From an uncultured Methanosarcinales archaeon (GTDB taxonomy: Archaea > Nanobdellota > Nanobdellia > Woesearchaeales > ARS49), in assembly GCA_964354285.1 (NCBI GenBank), contig CAYGYR010000003.1:30902-94901 (forward strand): DNA of 64,000 nt, read 5' to 3'. Below, one piece after another: positions 39,392-47,510 of this stretch (position 1 is its first letter; every line of letters starts with the position of its first letter). Both the position numbers and the translations under genes were made by a program. Under the pieces are notes generated by a model. That model had not been told where the DNA came from. It was given only the letters and a program-made list of their open reading frames with translations, and did not search any database.

Positions 39392-40057
39392 TTACAGCTT
39401 CTTTTTGACGTCTTTTATTATCGCTTTTGCCTCGTCCTTGAATGCAAATCCGAAGCCAAGGCCTACAACAAGTGCTATTGCGAGCATTACTCCTGCAAGT
39501 ATTATCAGGAAGCTTGTCTGGGCGATTGCGATTTTGACGCCAATCTGGTCAAGCACTATCAGCGCAGTGAAGATGTATATCACGACTTTTGCGAGCCATG
39601 CGAGCAGTCCTGCTGCTTTTGCGTCTGTCTCTTTTATTTTGTTGTCAACATACATTGCAATGCCGATTCCTATCAATGCAATCACGACTGCAAGGATTAC
39701 ATTAGGAACCCATAGTGCGACTGTCAGTAGGAATGTTGACAGCGATGTCATGTTCACAAGCCCTGCTGCTGGAGGCAGGAACAGTATAAAGACATACCAT
39801 TTTGTTATGATTGCCAGGAAGTGGCCAAGCCTGAATCTTCCCACTGTTTTGCTTGCGCTTGTCTTCTCAAGCACATACTTGTCAAACTGTATCCTGCTGA
39901 GCACTTTGTCAACAACGTAAGATATAATCATTGCCACTATGTAGCCCACGACGACTATTATTACTGCACCGAGTATTCCTGGAACAGAATTTATTATGCC
40001 TTCCCAGATGCTCATCAAGGGGCTCATTATAGAAAATCCTATTTGCTCCAATACCAT
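39392..40057 (-). CDS. membrane protein with conserved TM-helix repeats
   Basis: 221 aa with about 6 TM helices. Confidence 0.55.
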   Translation of the reverse strand: MVLEQIGFSIMSPLMSIWEGIINSVPGILGAVIIVVVGYIVAMIISYVVDKVLSRIQFDKYVLEKTSASKTVGRFRLGHFLAIITKWYVFILFLPPAAGLVNMTSLSTFLLTVALWVPNVILAVVIALIGIGIAMYVDNKIKETDAKAAGLLAWLAKVVIYIFTALIVLDQIGVKIAIAQTSFLIILAGVMLAIALVVGLGFGFAFKDEAKAIIKDVKKKL

Positions 40058-40306
40058 CTTTTAATCACCTCTTTTGAATAGCTTTTAACTTTTTAAAGAA
40101 AAATGGGTTTTCCGTATATAAATCTTTTGATTTAAAAAGGGTTTAAAAACCAATTCTTATTTTTAAATCAGTTTTGCTGTGCATCTGTTTTTTAAAATCT
40201 TTATTTTGGTGCCAGGGGCACAGTGACAATCACATAGTCGGATTGTTATTTCGCAGATATATAACCGCGAGCAACTTCGTTTGCTACATCAAGTACGCGC
40301 GATATT

Positions 40307-40395
40307 GTGAGTGCGAGAGAAGAGTAGAACCTCTGTTTTCGCAGAAAACAGCTGTTGAATTGCTTCTCGAGCACGAACAAAGAGCGCATTTTGAT
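40307..40395 (+). repeat. repeat-family copy A
   Basis: GTGAGTGCGAGAGAAGAG...CTGTTTTCgcaGAAAACAG-CTGTTGAATTGCTTCTCGAGCACGAA-CAAAGAGCGCATTTTGATCAAAC. Confidence 0.8.
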
Positions 40396-40586
40396 CAAAC
40401 ATACGCTGAACAAAGTTCAGCGATGTTCACAAAACTTTGTTTTGTGTAACTTTCTTAAAGTTTGATTGCGAGCCTAGATGTCCGAAGGGCTCGCGCACAT
40501 ATATAGAGAGAAAGAAAGTTCTAAAAAGAAATTCAAAAATTTTAAAGAAATAGAAAATAAAAGAAAAAAATAAAAAAAGTTTAGGC

Positions 40587-43193
40587 TTATACTGCCTGAA
40601 CTTTAACGTCTGTCAAGCTTGTGCCAGAGATCTCTGCTTCAGCAGCTGCTACAGATTTGATCTGTCCAGTTGCTACAGCTCTTGCAGCTTGTCTTGTGTT
40701 CATTGCAGTTCTACCTGCAACTAGCAGTGCAACGTTTCCGTTTGCATGCGTGAACAACTTGACAATAGCTTTGTTCTCAGGTATAGACTCCCAGCAAGGT
40801 TCTGGGTTGCCCATCAATTGAGCAGCTAATGGGTTAGCGCATGGGCCGCCGACAACAATTGCGTTGAATTGCGTTATGTTTGCAATCTCGCTTGCCAGCT
40901 TTGCAGCGCCAAGTTGTATTGGCTGCAGTTGTTCTGAGACTCCGCCTGTGCTTATCTCCTGCACGTTGACTTGCCCGCCAGTTATGAAGACTCTTGCTCC
41001 TCTCTGGCTGAGTGGATACTCAATGGTCAAGTCCTCTGCTTCATTGCCAGACTGTGGATCGTACATTTCAAGGAACAATCCATATCCTGACATTGCCTGC
41101 TCGAGGTCTTCATTCTCTTCCAGGTCATATAGGCCGAAGAAGATGGTGTTGGCGTTTCCTGCCATGACCTGTGCCTTTGGTATTCCAATCTCATTGCCTG
41201 TTCTTGGCTCTACAGTCACGTTGATAACTTCGTCACCAACTGCTTCATCAAACTCTTTTGCAAGAGTTACGATGTTGAACGTTGCGTTTGTGTCAGCCAT
41301 CGAACACGAGGTATTCAATGCACACGTAGCTATTGGAAATGCTCTGTCTGTGCCGTTAATGCTTAGACATTCGCTGACATCAAATATGATGATGCCTTCT
41401 CCCTGCACTGCGATTACTGAGTCATTGCAGTCAGTGATTGTTCCATCGCCGTTCAAGTCAATGTTCAGGTTGCTTCCTGAGCGCACAACTCTGTAGGTTA
41501 TTCCGCCAACAATAAGGTTTGCTTGGCTGGTAGCTACATCGTATGTGACTTCTCTTGTTCCTGTTCCCAGGTCAGTGAATTTTAACTGCCTGTTTGCAGT
41601 GTCAATGCTGTCGTATCTTAGCACGTGCGTGAAGCATGTGTTGTCGTCAGTAGCTCCTGCACCGCCGTGGTGTAGTGGCGAGCTGCCTGATGATACTGTT
41701 ATTGCACAGTCGCTCAAGATGAAGTAGTCATCATCGCCGATAACGAATCCTGTTGACTCTGTAAACCAGAGATCATCGTCCTCGTCACCAAATGTGAACA
41801 CTCCATTCTCATTTGTTATCAATGGCGCATCGTACATTATACCTTCCTGGTTTGTGAATTCCAGGTTGTACTTGTCGTCTCCTGCTGCATCAAACCTGAT
41901 TATGGTCACTCCTGTGTCCATCAGTCCTTCGTATCTGACGTCCCAGAATGGCGTTAACATTCCTTCTGGCTCGTCAAGCTGCTCTCTCAAGCCTGTTCCT
42001 GGAGGTATGTATGTTGATCCAAGCACAGAGTCTGCATACAGCCTGTATTTGATGCTTGTTATCTCGAAATCAGTGCCTGTGCTTTGCAGCTGGCCCCTGA
42101 TTTGTATGTCTGAGTCTTCAATGGATTCTTCATTGACTTTTGTCCCAGAGTTAACAAATGCTGTGTCTGTCACGTTTGTGTCCTGGAAGGTCAATTTGTA
42201 TGCTCCAATGTAGAACTGTACAATGGATTTCTGGATGTCTTTTCCTGTTGCAAGGATATCCCTGATACCAATCTGGGTTCCGTCTGCAAGGACATCTGTC
42301 TCTCCATCTGTCAATTCATCTGTTATCTCTCCATTGATTCTGAATTTTACAGAACCTTCTCCGCCCTGCGAAGTCTCTGAGATGACAACAACCTCTACTT
42401 CGTATTCTTTGCCGTCAATGACATAGGTCTCTTTGTCGTTTTCTCCTAGGATTCCGCCAGTTGCTCCGCCCATCAAGCTGATCTTTAGGGTTTCGTTGTT
42501 GAGCCAGTAGTCTGTATCAACAATGACAAATGGCTGGCCTAGTATGAAGATATCTTCATCTTCGAGGTCAGATAGGTCTCTTGTGTTTGTGATTCCAACA
42601 ATCTCTGATTGAAGTCCTTCTTCAAACTCAAGCTCCCATTCAAAGAGCTGGTCTCCATCTTGCCAGTAAAGATAATGTCCTACTTTGTCTCTCTCGTCTT
42701 GGTAGAATACAACTGAACCACTCTGCCTTCCGCCAGTGTGTGTTATCTGTGTCTTGTTAAACCTTATATATTGGTTGTACTCTGTTGAGCCCTGATCAGT
42801 AACGATCTGGCCTCCTTTCAACATGTCGAGATCAACTTCTGTAAAGGTTTCTCTGACATTTCCAATTGTCTCGTTTATTTCCAACAGATCTGAAGTGCTT
42901 CCTACCTCAGCAGCATCTCCTGTAAGAACAACTCCTGAAACTGCTGGTGCAGTCACCGTTGTCTTGACAACAGCTGCCTGTTGCATAGCACTGTTTATGT
43001 CGATAGCTCCTATAACGTCTGACCCTGCTGCATTGTCGCCTACTGCAATTGCATAGTTCGCGGCTGGTACGCCGTTAACTACGAATGGTGCAGGCCAATC
43101 TGCTAGGGTGTACGCAGAAGCACCGAAAATTGTTGCTCCGACCATGGTTAAACCTACTCCCAGAGCCGCAATTCTTTTTATTGTTTGCTTCAT
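40587..43193 (-). CDS. large secreted cell-surface protein (S-layer/adhesin-like)
   Basis: 868 aa. Signal peptide MKQTIKRIAALGVGLTMVGATIFGASA. Rich in Thr/Gly/Asp/Asn. Flanked by inverted copies of the repeat family. Confidence 0.8.
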   Translation of the reverse strand: MKQTIKRIAALGVGLTMVGATIFGASAYTLADWPAPFVVNGVPAANYAIAVGDNAAGSDVIGAIDINSAMQQAAVVKTTVTAPAVSGVVLTGDAAEVGSTSDLLEINETIGNVRETFTEVDLDMLKGGQIVTDQGSTEYNQYIRFNKTQITHTGGRQSGSVVFYQDERDKVGHYLYWQDGDQLFEWELEFEEGLQSEIVGITNTRDLSDLEDEDIFILGQPFVIVDTDYWLNNETLKISLMGGATGGILGENDKETYVIDGKEYEVEVVVISETSQGGEGSVKFRINGEITDELTDGETDVLADGTQIGIRDILATGKDIQKSIVQFYIGAYKLTFQDTNVTDTAFVNSGTKVNEESIEDSDIQIRGQLQSTGTDFEITSIKYRLYADSVLGSTYIPPGTGLREQLDEPEGMLTPFWDVRYEGLMDTGVTIIRFDAAGDDKYNLEFTNQEGIMYDAPLITNENGVFTFGDEDDDLWFTESTGFVIGDDDYFILSDCAITVSSGSSPLHHGGAGATDDNTCFTHVLRYDSIDTANRQLKFTDLGTGTREVTYDVATSQANLIVGGITYRVVRSGSNLNIDLNGDGTITDCNDSVIAVQGEGIIIFDVSECLSINGTDRAFPIATCALNTSCSMADTNATFNIVTLAKEFDEAVGDEVINVTVEPRTGNEIGIPKAQVMAGNANTIFFGLYDLEENEDLEQAMSGYGLFLEMYDPQSGNEAEDLTIEYPLSQRGARVFITGGQVNVQEISTGGVSEQLQPIQLGAAKLASEIANITQFNAIVVGGPCANPLAAQLMGNPEPCWESIPENKAIVKLFTHANGNVALLVAGRTAMNTRQAARAVATGQIKSVAAAEAEISGTSLTDVKVQAV

Positions 43194-43686
43194 TCGTCAA
43201 ACACCTCCGTGTTTTTTTGGCTATCTTTACCAATTTAGTAAAGATCTTGTTTTTTTGTTTTTTGCACGATATTCAGTTGAATATTCGTACGATTGAGAAC
43301 ACATAGCGTGTAATGTACGGTCCTCTTTTTTGTTCGTTAGGAAAGATGTATATCCCTAACACTCATCTGAAAATTCAAGTATGCTTTATAAACTTTTCCA
43401 AAAGTCGGGATTATGTCGACAGTTGTCCAGTGCATTAGGGCTTCTAACCGCTGAAAACAAGCTTTTTGGCTTGTTGTCACTCCTGAATAAAGATTTCCAG
43501 AAATGCTGTTTTTTGCATGGTTTCATCATTTTTTATAGGCATTGTATCGACGGATATATTAAATAAAATAAATGCGGGGAGCAGGACTTTCGACAAATAT
43601 TCAAAATCTATGATCTCGCTATTTTGGGTATTGAGCGAAAGCGAAATACCCCATGTAGACGGTTTGATCAAATTTTGAAAAATTTG

Positions 43687-43803
43687 ATTCGAACCTGCGT
43701 AGGCACTAAGCCATCAGGTGTCTTTAAGTCACAGCCATTTTCTGGCTCATCACACCTTTATCGACTTACCTAAGCCTGACCCGTTTGGCCACTCCGGCAT
43801 CCC
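43687..43803 (-). pseudogene. tRNA-like remnant (minus strand)
   Basis: The reverse complement reads GCCGGAGTGGCCAAACGGGTCAGGC, which resembles the acceptor and D arm of a class II tRNA. A T-loop-like GCAGGTTCGAATC follows, but the T stem and the 3' acceptor strand are absent. Two similar hairpins (CAAATTTTG-RRA-AAATTTG at 43664..43690 and 43805..43830) flank it. Confidence 0.25.
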
Positions 43804-43831
43804 CGCAAATTTTGGGAAAATTTGATTAAAA

Positions 43832-43916
43832 GGCACTCTTCGTTCGTGCTCGAGAAGCAATTCAACAGCTGTTTTTCTTACGAAAAACAGGGGTAAAACT
43901 CTTCTCTCGCACTCAC
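43832..43916 (-). repeat. repeat-family copy B (inverted relative to copy A)
   Basis: Its reverse complement is GTGAGTGCGAGAGAAGAG...CTGTTTTTcgtaaGAAAAACAG-CTGTTGAATTGCTTCTCGAGCACGAA-CGAAGAGTGCCTTTTAATCAAA. Confidence 0.8.
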
Positions 43917-44013
43917 GATGTCGTGCGACGCGAACATCAAAAATATTATTTTGCATCCGCTAACTTTTAATCAAGAAAAGAATCCGTCCTATATATAAAA
44001 CTAACTGAAAAAA

Positions 44014-44514
44014 TCAAGACACCTGCTTTAATTTTTCAAGCACACTGAATTTTTTGCGGTATTCATCAGGCCTGTCTTTGCTGGTTTCAGATGCTTTTTT
44101 GTACTGCAACTTAAGGCCTTCTAAACTAATGGCTTTAACAATTAAACCGTCAAAATCAAAATCCCTAAAATCTCTGGGGCCGCTGTACCAATAATCAATA
44201 GAGTCGAGCTCTATTCGTAAATCATCGTTGAATATCTGCAGTGTATGCCACTCAGCTGAGTAATTATACTTAATTTTGTTCTTTGCTAAAACTTTAATTA
44301 TTTTTTCAAAATGAATTTCTGGGATTAAGAAATCAAAATCATTTACCCGGATAGTCTTATTCTTTGTATAGCCAAAATAAGCTAAACTTCCGTAGGCAAT
44401 AGGAGTGACTCTGAGTTGATTACACAGGTCAAGAATTTCTCTGCAAAAAAATTTCAGCCTGATAAAAAAGTCTTTATTTGCAGGATACTCTTTTATTTGA
44501 ATCATAAAACACAT
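44014..44514 (-). CDS. nucleotidyltransferase-fold protein
   Basis: IAYGSLAYFGYTKNKTIRVNDFDFLIPE fits the NTase G[SG]...D.D signature. Confidence 0.6.
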   Translation of the reverse strand: MCFMIQIKEYPANKDFFIRLKFFCREILDLCNQLRVTPIAYGSLAYFGYTKNKTIRVNDFDFLIPEIHFEKIIKVLAKNKIKYNYSAEWHTLQIFNDDLRIELDSIDYWYSGPRDFRDFDFDGLIVKAISLEGLKLQYKKASETSKDRPDEYRKKFSVLEKLKQVS

Positions 44515-44570
44515 TAAGTGAAAAGGGCATTTATTAAACTAACGAAAAAGAGAAAAAAGAATTAAAAAAT

Positions 44571-44753
44571 TTATTTCTTGTGGAGGCCGCCTTTGTTCTG
44601 CCAGGCATAAGATCTCAACCTTTTGCTCCTGCCAAAGCCGCAGCTGGAGCAGAGTTTCTTGCTGGCATTGTAGCTGTGATTTCCGCATCGCCTGCAAATT
44701 ATGTGGCTCTTTCCTCTTGATTTCTTGCCGTGCGCAGATGTTCCTTTTGTCAT
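44571..44753 (-). CDS. rpl37e: ribosomal protein L37e
   Basis: 60 aa. Zn ribbon CRRCG...CSSCG, with a basic sequence. Confidence 0.85.
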   Translation of the reverse strand: MTKGTSAHGKKSRGKSHIICRRCGNHSYNASKKLCSSCGFGRSKRLRSYAWQNKGGLHKK

Positions 44754-44778
44754 CTTAGTGCCTCTGTACTATCTGTTT

Positions 44779-45003
44779 TTATGCAGGTGAAATGAATATT
44801 ATAGTATCTCCCCTGATGAATGTTGTGCCAAGCTTTCTTTTTGCCTCGCCATCAACTCTCTCTTCTGTGTCTTCCATTTCGACATTTATGTGTATGTCAA
44901 ATGCTTTCAAAATTCCTACAAACTGCTTGCCGTTCTTCAGTTCGATAATTATTTTTTTATTTCTCGCCCTGTTCAGAGCGTCCAAAGGTCTTGCTTCAAC
45001 CAT
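44779..45003 (-). CDS. Sm-like archaeal protein (SmAP/LSm)
   Basis: 74 aa with Sm1 and Sm2 motifs (IIIELKNGKQFVGILKAFDIHINVEM, RGDTIIFI). Confidence 0.85.
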   Translation of the reverse strand: MVEARPLDALNRARNKKIIIELKNGKQFVGILKAFDIHINVEMEDTEERVDGEAKRKLGTTFIRGDTIIFISPA

Positions 45004-45080
45004 ATTTTTTACACCCCTCTACAAATTTAAAACAATTTGAAAGATAGAGATACAGTATTTAAAGCTTTCTAAAATTACAT

Positions 45081-46532
45081 TTAGAATCGAGATTTTTTTG
45101 GTTTCTTCTCATAACTAAGCACTGCATAAATGACCAGCCCTGCGCCGATTGCAGCCGCAAGTATCACAAGAAGCCATGCAAAAAATCCAGCGCCTGTTTT
45201 CTTTTTTTGCGGCGCAGTCTTTGCCTGTTGCTGCTCAAATGGAAGCGGCTTGTGCTCTGCTTTTGCTTCAGGTTTTACAGCAGTGGTTGTGTTTGCAGCA
45301 GATGTATTTTTACTCAGTGTTTCATTTTTTTGTGCCGCAGGCTTGATAATGACAACTGCGTTCTTGCCTGCGGTTTCATTTTTTATGACAGCCGTATTTA
45401 TTGCTTCCTGCCCTGTTGCATTTTTCTCAACCAGCATTCCTGGGAATTCTGTCGCGTATCTTATCACAGTGTCTTTGCTATCCCCGTCCTCGTTAAGGTC
45501 TCCTGTAAAGAACTCGTGCGTTGAAAATGCAAGTTTATTGCCGGAGATTACAGGATCTTTGCCATAAATCCCTGTCTGTATAAAAACACTGTTTCCCAGG
45601 TTATAAAATGAAATCTTGTTTTCCTGCGCAAAGGCAATTGTTTTTCCAAATATGCTTGTGCCAGAGCCATCAACTTTTGTATTTGTTAGCTTCTGGCTGG
45701 GAATATCATAATACATCACTATTTCGTCATCAATATCAAGGTCTCCATTCAAATCATCTGTAAATTGTTCTGGGACTGTGAATGCTGCGATATTTTCTTT
45801 GCTGATGGATGGCTTTTGCCCAAATGCGATTATGTTGCTTGTTTGGTTTGTTTCAAAGGAATAATACCTTAATATAAGGTCATCTGTGTCCTTGTCTTTG
45901 TTCACATCCTCATTAAGCTCTTTTTCAGAGGCCTCAAAAATTATGTATTTGCTGTTTGCTGCAGGATTTGTGCCTGCTTGTTTTGTGTTGATTATTTCCT
46001 TTGCTGCGATGTTATAGTATCTTATGATGGTATCTGCCTTGTCCCCATCATTGTTATAGTCAATGCCTGTCTCTGCTTCAAGGGTTGAGAAAACAATGGC
46101 AGTATCAGTCATCACAGGTGTTCTGCCATCTGCGCTTGCATCAATTATTTTTTTGTCAGGCAGGCTATAATATACTATCACTGTGTCGTTTTTGTCGCCG
46201 TCTGCATTAAGGTCTTTGTTCTGGCTTGCCTCAGGGCTTTCAAATGCGATGTTTGTCTCGAGAATAGCTGGGTTTTTTCCTGCAATTCCTGTGCTTGACA
46301 GCTCTTTTGTTTCTGTATTGTAATACCTGATTATAGTGTCTAGTTTATCGCTGTCGTTGTTTAGGTCGGCATTTATTTCAGATTCGTCTGTCTCAAAAAC
46401 AATAATGCTGCCGCTGAAATCAGGATTCCTTCCAAGCGCTTTTGTGTCAAATGTTTGCAGGGCAGATGCAGCCGCAGATAAAATGAGCAATGAAATCAAT
46501 AGCAGTAATGCGCTGTAGGCAATTTTTTTCAT
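45081..46532 (-). CDS. Secreted beta-propeller-like repeat protein with FG-GAP/Ca-binding-like DxNxDGDxxDT(I/V)I repeats and a C-terminal TM anchor
   Basis: Signal peptide, then 6-7 repeats of about 47 aa (DLNADGDKNDTVIVYY, DYNNDGDKADTIIRYYN and others). A Thr/Lys-rich linker follows. The C-terminus is GAGFFAWLLVILAAAIGAGLVIYAVLSYEKKPKK. Confidence 0.8.
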   Translation of the reverse strand: MKKIAYSALLLLISLLILSAAASALQTFDTKALGRNPDFSGSIIVFETDESEINADLNNDSDKLDTIIRYYNTETKELSSTGIAGKNPAILETNIAFESPEASQNKDLNADGDKNDTVIVYYSLPDKKIIDASADGRTPVMTDTAIVFSTLEAETGIDYNNDGDKADTIIRYYNIAAKEIINTKQAGTNPAANSKYIIFEASEKELNEDVNKDKDTDDLILRYYSFETNQTSNIIAFGQKPSISKENIAAFTVPEQFTDDLNGDLDIDDEIVMYYDIPSQKLTNTKVDGSGTSIFGKTIAFAQENKISFYNLGNSVFIQTGIYGKDPVISGNKLAFSTHEFFTGDLNEDGDSKDTVIRYATEFPGMLVEKNATGQEAINTAVIKNETAGKNAVVIIKPAAQKNETLSKNTSAANTTTAVKPEAKAEHKPLPFEQQQAKTAPQKKKTGAGFFAWLLVILAAAIGAGLVIYAVLSYEKKPKKSRF

Positions 46533-46729
46533 AAACCTGCCTGTTGTAGGTTTTCTTATTTATACCTTTCTGTAATACTGCCTTATAGCCAAAGACATAA
46601 ATTTTCATGCAAACTAGTATGTTTTTGGCTAATAGCAGAAGACATACTAAACGTATAATTACTTATTTCTTCTGCTATAGCACAGGATTTACATAAGATT
46701 TATAAATCATCCCCAAATTCCATAGTGTT

Positions 46730-47110
46730 ATGGTTATTGTTCATAAGGGGCAGACAAGCAGAAAAGTGACTGGCGGCAGGTATATCGCCCACCGCGGCAA
46801 GAGAAAATTCGAGATAGGCCATGCCCCAACGCACACTTTTATCGAGAAGCAGAAAATTAAGAAAGTCCGCACAAAAGGCGGAAGCGAAAAGATAAGGGTG
46901 CTGACTGCAGATATCGCAAATGTTTACGATCCTAAAACCAAGAAGTTCGCCAAGGCAAAAATAAAGACTGTAAAAGAAAATCCTGCTGACATGCATTATG
47001 TCAGGCGAAACATAATAACAAAGGGAGCTATCATAGAGACTGAGCTTGGCAATGCAAGAGTGACCTCAAGGCCTGGCCAGGATGGCACAATTAATGCAAT
47101 TCTAATATAA
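46730..47110 (+). CDS. rps8e: ribosomal protein S8e
   Basis: 126 aa with RKVTGGRY...HRGKRKFE and general S8e similarity. Confidence 0.8.
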   Translation: MVIVHKGQTSRKVTGGRYIAHRGKRKFEIGHAPTHTFIEKQKIKKVRTKGGSEKIRVLTADIANVYDPKTKKFAKAKIKTVKENPADMHYVRRNIITKGAIIETELGNARVTSRPGQDGTINAILI

Positions 47111-47226
47111 TGTTATATAGGTTAACACAACCTCAGGCTAACACCATTTTTAACTATCCTTAAGTAGTTACAAGCGAAAGGTTTATAAAGGGCAAAATCA
47201 TACTATATCATATATCCCGAGGTAAA

Positions 47227-47484
47227 ATGGCACTTGAAAACGAAGTAATGGAGATAACAGAAAGGCAGTTCAAGTCACTAGATTATTCTACAATCGAAGC
47301 TGCATCTATTCTTGAAACATCAGAAGCAGAATTAATCCGCAGGTTTGGCAGCAGGGAAGGACACCCAGTTACATACCAAGAGATAATTCATTATGCTCGA
47401 AAAAAAGGAATAGACGCAAATAAAATCAAAGAAAAGATCCTGCAAAAGTATAATTTTGTAATTGTTGCTGAACCAAAAAGGTAA
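47227..47484 (+). CDS. hypothetical protein
   Basis: 85 aa. Confidence 0.4.
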   Translation: MALENEVMEITERQFKSLDYSTIEAASILETSEAELIRRFGSREGHPVTYQEIIHYARKKGIDANKIKEKILQKYNFVIVAEPKR

Positions 47485-47510
47485 TTGTTCAGGGCGATTT
47501 ATTCGCCAAT

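Noticed and set aside
40174-40449. ORF 40174..40449 (+) and ORF 43750..43956 (-), which share ...ECERRV.PLF..KTAVELLLEHE... peptide similarity
   Set aside because: The similarity comes from the nucleotide repeat family (copies A and B) being read in the same frame. There is no RBS and no coding-like context, so I treat them as repeats rather than genes.
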